Counted from the first letter of the stretch, positions 38,385-49,295 are shown. The stretch: 64,000 nt of DNA from Pedosphaera sp. (GCA_031414955.1 JANOQV010000242.1:1-64000), one strand, 5' to 3'. Notes: generated from the sequence alone by a model not told the origin. Program-made: numbers and translations.

Positions 38385-41300
38385 ATGCGTTTGAACAAAC
38401 TTGGGTGTGGGTGGCTTTTGCTGGCAGCGGTGTTGCCGCTCCAGGCGGCAACGATCAACTACATCGACTACGGCAGCCTTTGGCCGTACCGGATTGGAAC
38501 CAATGAAGCTTCCGCACCGACTTACGACTGGCGCACCAACTTGAACCTCAACACCGGCTGGAGCGCGCCCGTGGTCACGGCCATCGGCTACGGCAGTCCC
38601 GTTCCGGCGACGGTCATCCCGGGCAGCGCCACGACCACGCCCACATGGCTCTGCATCTTCATGCGCAAAACCTTTGTCGTGGCCAATCCATCGAACCTCT
38701 CGGACCTGACGCTCTCCATCAACATTGATGATGGCTACGTGGTGTGGATCAACGGCACGGAAGTGGGGCGCACCAACATGCCCGCCGGTGAACCGACCAT
38801 CGCCAGCGCCGCCCTGGTCGCGGGGGAGCCAGTCATCCAGGGGCATTTGATTCCGACCGGCGTGCTGCGGACCGGGACGAACGTCATCGCCATCCAGTCC
38901 TTCAACGCCAACACCACCAGTTCCGATCACTACGTGGACGTGCGTCTGGTGGGGACGATTGACGACGTGGCTCCAGCCGTCGCGTATCAGCTTCCGTATG
39001 CCGGCTCCACCGTTCCTTCGTTGACCCAGATCGAAGTTGATTTCACGGAAAACGTAACGGGCGTCAACGCGGCTGATTTGCTGATCAATGGCAGTCCGGC
39101 GACCAACGTCACCACGTTCAGCGGTTCAGCGTATGTGTTTCGCTTTCCGCCGCCGGCGAACGGGCTGGTCTCGGTGCAGTTCATCGGAGGCTCTGGCATT
39201 CAGGATTTCGCGGCCCCGCCCAACGTCTTCGCGGGCGCGAGTTGGAACTACACGGTGGACCCGAACGTGGTCATCTCCCAGGACGTCCGGCTCAACGAGT
39301 TCGTGGCCATCAACGTCACCGGCCTGCGCGACGAGGACAACGAATACAACGACTGGGTGGAACTGCGAAACCTGAGCACGAACCTGGTCAGCCTGGCCGG
39401 CTGGTCGTTGAGCGACGATGCGGGCACTCCGGACAAATGGGTTTTCCCGGCGGTAACGATGCAGCCGAGCGGCTATCTGGTGGTGTTTTGTTCGGCCAAG
39501 GACCGCAAGCCGACCGCGCCGAACGCCAGGCTGCACACGAATTTCAAGCTGGAGTCGGAAGGCGGATTCATCGGCCTCTACAATTCTGAAACGCCGCGCC
39601 TGTTGATCTCCTCGTTTGCCTCGTACCCGAACCAGCGCCGCGATTATTCGTACGGCTACGATCCGGTCGGGCAGTTGCGATACTTCACGCCGCCCACGCC
39701 TGGCTCGAACAATCCGCCTAGCAACATCACGGGTCTGGTGGCGGACACGAAATTCAGCCACGACCGAGGCTTCTACGATACAAACTTTTCGCTTTCGATC
39801 ACCTGCGCCACGCCGGGCGTGACCATCCGTTACACCCTCGACGGCAAGGCACCGACCACGAACGTCGGTGTGACCTACAGCGGACCCATCGCCATCACGA
39901 ACACGGCCGTGGTGCGCGCGTTCGCTTACGCCTCCGGCCTGCTGCCTTCGGACGTGGACAGCCAGACCTATCTTTATGTCCGCACCGTGCCGAACCAGGC
40001 GACCAATGGCCAGGCTCCGGCCGGCTGGCCCGCGACCTGGGGCGGCAACGTGGTGGATTACGGCATGGATCCGGACATCGTGAACGTGGCGCCGTGGAAG
40101 GACACGATCACCAACGACCTGAAGACCATCCCGAGTTTCTCGATCGTGGTGAACCTGGATGATTTGTTCAGTGCGGGCACCGGCATCTACGCCAATCCGG
40201 GGCAGGATGGGCCGCTCTGGGAAAGGCCCGCCTCGATCGAATTGCTGAACCCGGACGGCGATCCAGGTTTTCAGATCAATTGCGGCATCCGGCTGCGCGG
40301 AGGTTTCAGCCGCAGCACCGACAATCCCAAACATGCCTTCCGCTTTTTCTTCCGCCAGGAGTATGGCGCCTCGAAGCTGAACTTCCCCTTTTTCGGGCCG
40401 ACCGGCGCGAAGAGCTTCGACAAGTTCGATCTGCGCACCATGCAGAACTACTCGTGGAGCTTCGGCGGCGACGGCAACATGATGTGCCTGCGCGACGTGA
40501 TGAGCCGCGACGCCCAGCTCGCCATGAACGGCCTCGGCACGCGCGGAAATTTCTACCACCTCTACATCAACGGCATCTACTGGGGCCTCTACAACAGCGA
40601 GGAGCGGCCCGAGGCCGCCTTTGCCGAGAGCTACGTCGGCGGGCGCGAGGAGGACTACGACACGATCAAACAGCTCGACGGCTACTTGAGCGGAGCGACC
40701 GATGGCAACACCGCGGCGTGGTACCGGCTCTGGGAGGCGGCGACCAACGGGTTCGTCTCCAACTCGAATTACTTCCGGGTCCAGGGCCGGAACGCCAACG
40801 GCACCATCAACACGAACTACGAGAACCTGGTCGATGTGCCCAACATGATCGAATACATGCTGGTCATCCTTTACGGCGGCAATCTGGACGCGCCGATCTC
40901 GAACTTCCTCGGCAACGATTCGCCCAACAACTGGTACGGCTTCCGGGATCGCAGCGGGCAGAACGGCGGTTTTCGTTTCGTCTCCCACGACGCCGAGCAC
41001 ACGCTGCTCAATGTCGGCGAGGACCGGACGGGGATTTCCAACCTCGTGGAAACAATTCCTCCGAACACTTACGGCGCCATCAGGGAAGACTGGACGTGCG
41101 GCAATCCGCTCACCCAGGCCGGCGGCGCGGCTGCGGCGCAACAACGGTCCACCCCGCAATACATCTGGTTCCGCATGCACCAGAATCCCGAGTTCCGCAT
41201 CCTCGCGGCGGACCGCATCTTCAAGCATTGCTTCAATGGCGGTCCGCTCTCTGTCCCGGGAGTGCGCTCCCTGTTCCTGGCCCGCAGCAATGAAATCGAG

Positions 41301-44300
41301 CGGGCCATCGTCGCCGAGTCGGCCCGTTGGGGCGACTCGAAGGTCGCTTCCCCCTTCACGCGCAACAACTGGCTTTCGGCGATGAACAATGCGGCCAACT
41401 TCCTCAGTGGCCGCACCGCCGTTCTGATCAGCCAGCTCCAGGCCGACGGTCTTTACCCGAGCATCACTCCGCCGGCGTTCAACGCCACCAACGGCGCCGT
41501 CGCCAGCGGCTTCGTCTTCCGCATGACCAACAGCAATCCCTCCAGCACGATTTACTACACTCTGGACGGCAGCGATCCGCGGTTGATCGGCGGCGCGGTC
41601 GCGCCTTCTGCGGTTGCCTATTCCGGCCCGATCACGGTCAACACCATCACCACTTTTCGCACCCGGGTCCTCTCCGGCGGCGTCTGGAGCGCGCTCAACG
41701 AGGTGACGCTCTATCCGCCACAGGATTTGAGCAAACTGCTCGTCACGGAAATCATGTATCATCCGCCCGCCATCGGTCTGACGGATGGCGACGACTTCGA
41801 GTTCCTGGAATTGAAGAACACAGGGACGAACGCGCTCGGTCTCGCCGGGATGACCTTCAGTGGCATCACGTTCACTTTTCCTGCCGGCGCGACGCTGGCT
41901 CCGGGCCAGTTTTATGTGTTGGCGGGTAACGCCGCCTTCACCAGCAAGTATCCCGGTGTCACCGTGAATGGCACCTACAGCGGGCGGCTCGCCAACAGCG
42001 GTGAGACGATCGGCCTCTTCCATCCGCTCGGCGCGCAAGTGTGGTCGGTCACGTTTGGCGATCTGACGCCCTGGCCGGTGACGCCGGACGGCTTTGACTT
42101 CTCGCTCGTGCCAGTGAACCCGAACGCGAATCCGGAGTACAACGACCCGGCGAACTGGCGCGCGAGCAGCAACCTGGGCGGCTCGCCCGGCGCGGACGAT
42201 CCGGCCTTCACCGTTCCGCCCATTCTCATCAATGAAATCCTGACCCACACCGAAACGAACATCGACTTCATCGAGCTGTTCAATCCCACCACCAACCTCG
42301 TGGACATCGGCGGCTGGTTCCTGACTGATGACCCGGCGGTGCCGAAGAAATATCGCCTCCCGGACGCGACCTTCATCAATCCGCTCGGCTACGTGGTGTT
42401 TGATGAAACGCACTTCAACGCCACCCCCGGCACCAACAACAGCTTCTCGCTCAACGCCCACGGCGATGACGTGTATCTGTTCTCCGGCAACGCGAGCACC
42501 AACCTCACCGGCTACGATCACGGGTTCAGCTTTGAGGCGGCGGCGGATGAGGAAACTTTCGGACGGTACGTCATCAGCACGGGCGAAGCGCAGTTCCCGG
42601 CGCAGATCACGCCGACGCCCGGCGCAGCCAATGCCGGCCCGCGCATCGGCCCGCTGGTCATCAACGAAATTCATTACAATCCGGCCGTGCCGCAACTGGA
42701 GTTCATCGAACTGCTGAACATCAGCAGCAATGCCGTGCTGCTGTTTGATGTGACGTGGCCGACCAACACCTGGCGCTTGAACGGACTCGGCTACACCTTC
42801 CCGACCAACCTCACGGTGCCGGCCGGCGGCTTCCTGCTCCTCGTGCCCACGAATGTGGCGGCGTTCACGAATCAATACGCGGTGCCGGCGGGCGTGCAGA
42901 TTCTGCCGCCCTTTGCCGGCAACTTGCAGGACAGCGGCGAACGCCTGGAGTTGCAGCAACCCGACACGACCGGCACGAACGGCGTCGGCTACATCACCAT
43001 TGATGCCGTGCGGTACAACGACCGCGCCCCGTGGCCGCCGGCCGCCGATGGCAGCGGGCCTTCGTTGCAAAAGCGTCTGCCCAGCCTCTATGGCAACGAG
43101 CCGTTGAATTGGAAGGCCGCCGCGCCCACGCCCGGCTCGGATTCCGTCGGCGGCGATGAGCCGGTCATCATCGCGCAACCGCAAAGCCAGAGCGTGGTGC
43201 TGGGTTCCAACGCCGCCTTTAGTATCACCGTCACCGGCACGCCGCCCTTTCAGTATGTCTGGCGTTTCAATGGCACCAACCTGCCGGGAGCCTTCGACTC
43301 CACGCTGTTGCTCACTGCCGTCCAGTCGAACCAGGCCGGCCTTTACAGCGTGAATGTGCTCAATCCCGCCGGCTTCGTGACCAGCTCGAACGCGACGCTG
43401 GTCATCGTCAATCCTGTCACGTTCACCATCCAGCCCTTGAACACGAACGTGTTCTCCGGCACCAATGCGACCCTCACCAGCCTGGCCGTCGGCAGCGGCG
43501 TGGTGCGCTATCAATGGCGCTTCGAGGGCACCAATATTCCCAATGCGACCAACACGAGTCTCACTCTCTCCAATATCTCGACCGCCCAGCACGGCAACTA
43601 TTCCGTGGTGGCCATCGACAACGTGAGCACGGCCATCAGCTCGAACGCGTTTGTCTTCGTGCTGGTCAAGCCGGGGATCATCGTCGCGCCGCTGCCGCAA
43701 ACAGTGTTGCAAGGAGGGACCGCGATTTTCAGTTGTGTCGCCACGGGCCAGCCGCCGCTGTTCTACCGGTGGCTGAGCAACAACGCGCTCTACCTGGTCA
43801 GCACTTCCTCCGTCCTCGTGCTGACCAATGTGCAGCCGCGCACGCCGGCGGCGGTGTTCCGGGTGATTGTCACCAACACGGCCGGCTCGACCACGGCCTC
43901 GGCCAGCACCAACGTCGCACTGACCGTGCTGCCGGACTTCGACCGCGACGGCATGGCCGACGCCTGGGAATTCCAATATGGATTCAACACCAACAATGTG
44001 GGCGATGCGCTGCTCGACTTCGACGGCGACCATGTAATCAACCGGGATGAATATGTGTCGGGGACCATTCCGACCAACGAACTGAGTTATTTGAAAGTGA
44101 TCATCTCCGAGACCAACGCGACGGAGCTGAACTTCATCGCCCAGTCGAACATCAGCTACACGGTGCAATGGCAGGGCAGCCTAGGCGCGTCCGGCTGGAA
44201 CCACTTCACCAATATCCCGGCGCTGCCGCTGGTGCGGACCATTGTGGTGAACATGGGTGCGGCTCCGGCCTCGCCCCTGCGATTTTTCCGGGTCGTGACG

Positions 44301-44315
44301 CCGCTGTTGCAATAG
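38385..44315 (+). CDS. Large secreted lamin-tail/CotH kinase protein with Fn3-associated and Ig domains
   Basis: Signal peptide; LNEF…DWVEL; IRYTLDG; IRLRGGFSR…LYINGIYWGLY…HDAEH; Y.W.FNGT Ig repeats; DFDRDGMADAWE; terminal RFFRV. Confidence 0.88.
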   Translation: MRLNKLGCGWLLLAAVLPLQAATINYIDYGSLWPYRIGTNEASAPTYDWRTNLNLNTGWSAPVVTAIGYGSPVPATVIPGSATTTPTWLCIFMRKTFVVANPSNLSDLTLSINIDDGYVVWINGTEVGRTNMPAGEPTIASAALVAGEPVIQGHLIPTGVLRTGTNVIAIQSFNANTTSSDHYVDVRLVGTIDDVAPAVAYQLPYAGSTVPSLTQIEVDFTENVTGVNAADLLINGSPATNVTTFSGSAYVFRFPPPANGLVSVQFIGGSGIQDFAAPPNVFAGASWNYTVDPNVVISQDVRLNEFVAINVTGLRDEDNEYNDWVELRNLSTNLVSLAGWSLSDDAGTPDKWVFPAVTMQPSGYLVVFCSAKDRKPTAPNARLHTNFKLESEGGFIGLYNSETPRLLISSFASYPNQRRDYSYGYDPVGQLRYFTPPTPGSNNPPSNITGLVADTKFSHDRGFYDTNFSLSITCATPGVTIRYTLDGKAPTTNVGVTYSGPIAITNTAVVRAFAYASGLLPSDVDSQTYLYVRTVPNQATNGQAPAGWPATWGGNVVDYGMDPDIVNVAPWKDTITNDLKTIPSFSIVVNLDDLFSAGTGIYANPGQDGPLWERPASIELLNPDGDPGFQINCGIRLRGGFSRSTDNPKHAFRFFFRQEYGASKLNFPFFGPTGAKSFDKFDLRTMQNYSWSFGGDGNMMCLRDVMSRDAQLAMNGLGTRGNFYHLYINGIYWGLYNSEERPEAAFAESYVGGREEDYDTIKQLDGYLSGATDGNTAAWYRLWEAATNGFVSNSNYFRVQGRNANGTINTNYENLVDVPNMIEYMLVILYGGNLDAPISNFLGNDSPNNWYGFRDRSGQNGGFRFVSHDAEHTLLNVGEDRTGISNLVETIPPNTYGAIREDWTCGNPLTQAGGAAAAQQRSTPQYIWFRMHQNPEFRILAADRIFKHCFNGGPLSVPGVRSLFLARSNEIERAIVAESARWGDSKVASPFTRNNWLSAMNNAANFLSGRTAVLISQLQADGLYPSITPPAFNATNGAVASGFVFRMTNSNPSSTIYYTLDGSDPRLIGGAVAPSAVAYSGPITVNTITTFRTRVLSGGVWSALNEVTLYPPQDLSKLLVTEIMYHPPAIGLTDGDDFEFLELKNTGTNALGLAGMTFSGITFTFPAGATLAPGQFYVLAGNAAFTSKYPGVTVNGTYSGRLANSGETIGLFHPLGAQVWSVTFGDLTPWPVTPDGFDFSLVPVNPNANPEYNDPANWRASSNLGGSPGADDPAFTVPPILINEILTHTETNIDFIELFNPTTNLVDIGGWFLTDDPAVPKKYRLPDATFINPLGYVVFDETHFNATPGTNNSFSLNAHGDDVYLFSGNASTNLTGYDHGFSFEAAADEETFGRYVISTGEAQFPAQITPTPGAANAGPRIGPLVINEIHYNPAVPQLEFIELLNISSNAVLLFDVTWPTNTWRLNGLGYTFPTNLTVPAGGFLLLVPTNVAAFTNQYAVPAGVQILPPFAGNLQDSGERLELQQPDTTGTNGVGYITIDAVRYNDRAPWPPAADGSGPSLQKRLPSLYGNEPLNWKAAAPTPGSDSVGGDEPVIIAQPQSQSVVLGSNAAFSITVTGTPPFQYVWRFNGTNLPGAFDSTLLLTAVQSNQAGLYSVNVLNPAGFVTSSNATLVIVNPVTFTIQPLNTNVFSGTNATLTSLAVGSGVVRYQWRFEGTNIPNATNTSLTLSNISTAQHGNYSVVAIDNVSTAISSNAFVFVLVKPGIIVAPLPQTVLQGGTAIFSCVATGQPPLFYRWLSNNALYLVSTSSVLVLTNVQPRTPAAVFRVIVTNTAGSTTASASTNVALTVLPDFDRDGMADAWEFQYGFNTNNVGDALLDFDGDHVINRDEYVSGTIPTNELSYLKVIISETNATELNFIAQSNISYTVQWQGSLGASGWNHFTNIPALPLVRTIVVNMGAAPASPLRFFRVVTPLLQ

Positions 44316-44549
44316 CCGCCCGGCGTGGGTGGTCCTGGTCCGACTCGTTACGCTCTCGGGGCGGGGCCGGGTTTGGATCTCAACCGATTACCCCGTTTGG
44401 CTGGCCGCCAGAAAACGGCGACTGGAGGGGAAAGACGCGACCCCATGAGTGCCGACACATCCGGACAAGCCAGGGGCGACAATGGCCAAGCAAGGCTTGG
44501 TGCGAATAAGTCGGCGGCTGGGAAAGTCTGCCTTTCCCGGTTCTAAACT

Positions 44550-47500
44550 ATGAAAAGCTTCAGAGGTCCTGGCGGTTGGATGCTGTGTTGCACGGCGGGC
44601 AGTCTGCTCGCGGTGGTGGTGCTGCCGGCGGCGGAGAAGGTTCAATTCAACCGCGACGTGCGGCCCATTTTGTCCGAGCACTGCATCGCCTGCCACGGTC
44701 CGGATGCAAACAAACGCAAAGCTGGTCTGCGTCTCGATACGAAGGAAGGGCTTTTCGAGAAAACACCCAAGCACGAACCCGCCGTGGTGCCAGGAAAACT
44801 GGCCCAGAGCGAACTCTGGTCGCGCATCACCACCACCAACCTTGATGATCGGATGCCGCCGGAGGATTCGCACAAGGAACTCAAGCCGGAACAAATCGCC
44901 ACCCTCGAGGCCTGGATCGTGGCCGGAGCGCCCTGGCAGGGGCATTGGGCGTTCCTCAAACCGGAGAGGCCACCCGTTCCTTCAAAGTTCAAAGTTCAGA
45001 ATCCCATTGATGCGTTCGTGCTGGCGAAGTTGCAGGAGAAAGGGCTGAAGCCAAACACCGAGGCGGATCGGCGCACACTCATGCGCCGAGTGTCCCTCGA
45101 CCTGACCGGACTGCCGCCGACGCCGGAAGAGGTCACGGCCTTCGTGAAGGACCAGTCGCCGGACGCTTACGGGCAGGTGGTGAAGCGGTTGCTGGCCTCG
45201 CCACGTTATGGCGAACATCGCGCGCGTTACTGGCTGGACGCCGCGCGTTACGCGGACACGCATGGATTGCACTTCGACAACTACCGCGAGATGTGGCCGT
45301 ACCGCGATTGGGTCATTCAGGCTTTCAACCGCAACCTGCCTTTCGACCGTTTCACCAAGATGCAGATCGCGGGCGATCTGTTCGATCATCCGGAGCGCGA
45401 CGATCTGGTCGCGAGCGGATTTCAGCGCTGCAATCCGACCACGAACGAAGGCGGCACCATTGACGACGAGAACCTGGCCAACTACGCCAATGACCGTGTG
45501 ACGACGTTGAGCTGGGTTTATCTGGGCCTGACGATGAATTGCGCGGCCTGTCACGACCACAAGTTTGATCCCATCACGCAGAAGGATTTTTATTCGATGG
45601 CGGCCTTCTTCCGAAACACCGTGCAGCCTCCGAAGGACGGCAACTCAAAAGACTCGACGCCGAGCGTGCTGGTTCCGCAGACGGAGGCCGACGCGAAACG
45701 CTGGGACGTGCTGCCGAAAGAACTGGCCTCGGCCAAGGAAGCCGTCGAGGCGCGCAAGAAAGCGGCGAAGCCTGATTTCACCAACTGGATCGCGCGGGCC
45801 AGTGCGGCGGATCTGCACAAGGATCTGGAGATTTCCAATCTCGTCGTGCATGTGCCGCTCAATGTGAAGGACACGAATGAGGTCCGGGGCGTGTTTGGCG
45901 GTGTGACCAAATCCATCAAGGTCCCGGGCACGAATGATTGGCAGGATGGCGAGCTTGGGCCGGCGCTGGTCTTGAACAAGGGCGCGACGCTGGACCTCGG
46001 TGCCGCGGGCGACTTCGAGAAGGATCAGCCGTTCAGTTACGGCGCCTGGGTGCGGGTGAGCAAGGCGACGGGCAACGCGGGCATTCTCGCGCGCATGGAT
46101 GTGGCGGATGCCTTTCGCGGCTGGGATCTTTACCAGAACGACAAGAAGTTCAGCGTCCACATTGTCCACAAGTGGCCGGATGACGCTTTCAAGGTCACAA
46201 CCAAGGCCGACTTGGTGAAGGAGAAAACCTGGCAGCACGTCTTCGTGACCTACGATGGTTCCGGTAAGGCGTCGGGCGTGAAGATGTATGTGGACGGCAA
46301 GGACGTGGCGGTGAAGGCCGAGAGCGATGCGCTCAAGGGATCGATTCGCACCAAGGTTTCATTGCGCGTCGGACAGCGCAGCCAGGATCATGTGCTGGAG
46401 CGCGGGCGGGTGCAGGATGTGCGGTTGTTCGCGCGCAAGCTGGCCGCCAAGGAAGTCCTGACCCTGGCCAGCGTGCCGCGCGTTCAGACCGTGCTGGGAT
46501 TGGCGGAGGACAAGCGGACCAAGGCGCAGCAGGACATGGTGTTCGACTTTTGGATCGGCTCGCGCGATCCGGCGTATGTCGAGCGCTCGAAGCACCAGGC
46601 TGCGTTGAAAACGGAGGAGGAGAAGCTCAAGGAACGCAATCCCGTCACGCACATCCAGCGCGAGAAGACCAACTCCATGCCGATGGCTTACGTGTTGTTT
46701 CGCGGGCAGTACGACAAGCAGAAGGATCAGGTGGTGGCGGCCGCACCGGGCGTGCTGCACCGCTGGCCGGGCGGCGCTCCGACCAACCGGCTCGGGCTGG
46801 CGCAATGGATCATCTCGCCGGAAAATCCGTTGACCGCGCGCGTGACGGTGAATCGCTTCTGGCAGGATTTTTTCGGCACCGGCCTGGTCAAGAGTACGGA
46901 GGATTTTGGCATTACCGGCGACAGCCCGACGCATCCTGAACTGCTCGACTGGCTGGCGGTGGAGTTCCAACAGAGTGGCTGGGATGTGAAGCACCTCCTC
47001 GAGTTGATCGTGACTTCCTCCGCCTATCGTCAGGGTGCGCAAACGACGAAAGAGAAGCTGGAGAAGGATCCGCAGAATCGTTTCTTCAGCCGCGGCCCGC
47101 GCTTCCGCATGGACGCCGAGATGGTGCGCGACTCCGCGCTGGCCGCGAGCGGACTGCTGGTGGAAAAAATTGGCGGCGCGTCCGTGAAACCTTATCAGCC
47201 GGATGGAATCTGGGAAGCCGTGGCCATGCCGGAGAGCAACACCAAGAAGTACAAGCGCGACACCGGGGAGGGGCTTTACCGGCGCAGCCTCTACACTTTT
47301 TGGAAGCGCGCCGCGCCGCCGGCCTCGATGGACATCTTCAACGCGCCCAGTCGCGAGGTCTGCACGGTGCGACGCGAGCGGACCAACACGCCGCTCCAGG
47401 CGCTGGCCACGCTGAACGATCCTCAGTTTATCGAGGCCGCTCGCTTCCTCGCCCAGTTGGCGCTGGCGAACTCCAAGCGCGACGAGGATGCCCTGCAACT

Positions 47501-47729
47501 CATGGGCGAACGGGTCCTCTCCCGGCCGCTGACTTCGAAGGAGCTTTCCATCGTGAAGGGCACGCTGAAGGAGATGCGGGCTTACTATGACCAGCAGCCG
47601 GAGGCGGCGAAGCAGTTCCTCGCGGTGGGTGATGCAAAAGTCTCCGACAAAATTCCGGCCCCGCAACTCGCCGCGATGACGATGGTCGCGAACCAGTTGA
47701 TGAACCTGGACGAGGCGCTGAACAAATAA
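44550..47729 (+). CDS. DUF1549/DUF1553 (PSD1) protein with planctomycete cytochrome c and LamG-like domains
   Basis: FNRDVRPIL…CIACHG, HWAF, WLDAARYADT, CAACHDHKFDP, NPLTARV.VNR.W, TNTPLQAL. Confidence 0.92.
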   Translation: MKSFRGPGGWMLCCTAGSLLAVVVLPAAEKVQFNRDVRPILSEHCIACHGPDANKRKAGLRLDTKEGLFEKTPKHEPAVVPGKLAQSELWSRITTTNLDDRMPPEDSHKELKPEQIATLEAWIVAGAPWQGHWAFLKPERPPVPSKFKVQNPIDAFVLAKLQEKGLKPNTEADRRTLMRRVSLDLTGLPPTPEEVTAFVKDQSPDAYGQVVKRLLASPRYGEHRARYWLDAARYADTHGLHFDNYREMWPYRDWVIQAFNRNLPFDRFTKMQIAGDLFDHPERDDLVASGFQRCNPTTNEGGTIDDENLANYANDRVTTLSWVYLGLTMNCAACHDHKFDPITQKDFYSMAAFFRNTVQPPKDGNSKDSTPSVLVPQTEADAKRWDVLPKELASAKEAVEARKKAAKPDFTNWIARASAADLHKDLEISNLVVHVPLNVKDTNEVRGVFGGVTKSIKVPGTNDWQDGELGPALVLNKGATLDLGAAGDFEKDQPFSYGAWVRVSKATGNAGILARMDVADAFRGWDLYQNDKKFSVHIVHKWPDDAFKVTTKADLVKEKTWQHVFVTYDGSGKASGVKMYVDGKDVAVKAESDALKGSIRTKVSLRVGQRSQDHVLERGRVQDVRLFARKLAAKEVLTLASVPRVQTVLGLAEDKRTKAQQDMVFDFWIGSRDPAYVERSKHQAALKTEEEKLKERNPVTHIQREKTNSMPMAYVLFRGQYDKQKDQVVAAAPGVLHRWPGGAPTNRLGLAQWIISPENPLTARVTVNRFWQDFFGTGLVKSTEDFGITGDSPTHPELLDWLAVEFQQSGWDVKHLLELIVTSSAYRQGAQTTKEKLEKDPQNRFFSRGPRFRMDAEMVRDSALAASGLLVEKIGGASVKPYQPDGIWEAVAMPESNTKKYKRDTGEGLYRRSLYTFWKRAAPPASMDIFNAPSREVCTVRRERTNTPLQALATLNDPQFIEAARFLAQLALANSKRDEDALQLMGERVLSRPLTSKELSIVKGTLKEMRAYYDQQPEAAKQFLAVGDAKVSDKIPAPQLAAMTMVANQLMNLDEALNK

Positions 47730-47739
47730 TTCCAACACC

Positions 47740-49212
47740 ATGAGCTCATTCCAAGAGTACGCCCGTTACGAAACCCGCCGGCAGTTCTTCGCGCGCGGCA
47801 AGAATGTCCTCGGCTACGCCGCGCTCGGTTCCCTGCTGGGCGGCTCGCTGAAATTGCTGGGCGACACCGCTCATCCGGCCACGCACGCGCTGCCGGGATT
47901 GCCGCACTTCCCGCCCAAGGTGAAGAATATCATCTATCTGCACATGGTTGGCGGCCCGTCCCAGATGGACCTCTACGATTACAAGCCGGTGATGAAGGAG
48001 TGGTACGACAAGGACCTCCCCGATTCTGTGCGCGCCGGACAGCGACTCACGACGATGACCTCGGGGCAGAAGCGTTTTCCGATCGCGCCCTCCAAGTACA
48101 AATTCGCGCAGGCTGGCCAGTGCGGCCTGTGGATGAACACCGAGTTGCTGCCGCACACAGCCAAGTGCGTCGATGACATGGCCTTCATCCGCTCCATGCA
48201 CACCGAGGCCATCAATCATGAGCCGGCCATCTGCGCCATGCAGACGGGCAGCATGGTGGGCGGCCGGCCCTGCATTGGTTCTTGGGTCAGCTACGGCCTC
48301 GGGTCGTTGAACGAGAACCTGCCGACCTTCTGCGTGCTCGTGGCCGAGCCGACGAACAAGGAGCAAATCCAGGCCATCAGCGCGCGGCTCTGGTCGAGCG
48401 GGTTCATCTCCGGTGAGCACGCCGGGGTCTCTTTCCGCAGCCAGGGCGATCCGATTCTCTTCATCAACAACCCAAGTGGCGTGACCAGCGATCTGCGCCG
48501 CCAGCAGCTCAACGGACTGCGCGCGTTGAACGAGTTGAACTACAAGAAAGTCGGCGACCCCGAGACCCACACGCGCATCCAGCAGTTCGAGATGGCGTTC
48601 AAGATGCAGTCGAGCGTGCCGGACTTGATGTCGGTCAAGAATGAGCCGGAGAGCACCTACAAACTCTACGGCGAAGAGGCGAAGAAGCCGGGGACTTTTG
48701 CCTTTACGGCTCTGCTTTCACGGCGACTGGTCGAGCGCGGCGTGCGGTTCGTGCAGGTGTACCTGAACAACTGGGACCATCACTCGAACGTGAATGCGCG
48801 CCTGCCCTCGCAGTGCAAGGACATCGATCAGGCTACGTATGGGTTGATCCAGGATCTCAAGTCGCGCGGGCTTTGGGACAGCACGCTCATCATCTGGGGC
48901 GGCGAATTCGGCCGCACCATTTACAGCCAGGGCGGACTGACCAAGGACAACTACGGGCGCGACCATCATCCGCGCTGCTTCACCATGTGGATGGCGGGAG
49001 GCGGCATCAAGGGTGGCACCGTCTATGGTCAGACCGACGACTTCAGCTACAACGTGGTGGAGAATCCGGTTCACGTTCGCGATCTGCACGCGACCATCCT
49101 GCACCAACTCGGCATCGATCACCGCAAGTTTACCATCAAGTGGCAGGGCGTGGACATGAAGCTGACCGGCGTGGATGCGGAGGCACAAGTGGTGAAGGAG
49201 CTTCTCTCGTAG
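47740..49212 (+). CDS. DUF1501 domain protein
   Basis: Twin-arginine TRRQFF, GGPSQMDLYD, RRLVERGVRFVQ, WDHH, GEFGRT, GRDHHP. Confidence 0.92.
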   Translation: MSSFQEYARYETRRQFFARGKNVLGYAALGSLLGGSLKLLGDTAHPATHALPGLPHFPPKVKNIIYLHMVGGPSQMDLYDYKPVMKEWYDKDLPDSVRAGQRLTTMTSGQKRFPIAPSKYKFAQAGQCGLWMNTELLPHTAKCVDDMAFIRSMHTEAINHEPAICAMQTGSMVGGRPCIGSWVSYGLGSLNENLPTFCVLVAEPTNKEQIQAISARLWSSGFISGEHAGVSFRSQGDPILFINNPSGVTSDLRRQQLNGLRALNELNYKKVGDPETHTRIQQFEMAFKMQSSVPDLMSVKNEPESTYKLYGEEAKKPGTFAFTALLSRRLVERGVRFVQVYLNNWDHHSNVNARLPSQCKDIDQATYGLIQDLKSRGLWDSTLIIWGGEFGRTIYSQGGLTKDNYGRDHHPRCFTMWMAGGGIKGGTVYGQTDDFSYNVVENPVHVRDLHATILHQLGIDHRKFTIKWQGVDMKLTGVDAEAQVVKELLS

Positions 49213-49295
49213 TCCGGTGGCTCCGGCCCGAAACAACCCCGACCACATCCTCGTGGCAGCTCTCTCCCTTGGGGCTGCGCCGTGTCTCGGGAAAT

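Noticed and set aside
39126..44168. 1680-aa antisense ORF
   Set aside because: Same shadow effect, opposite the 1976-aa lamin-tail/CotH gene.
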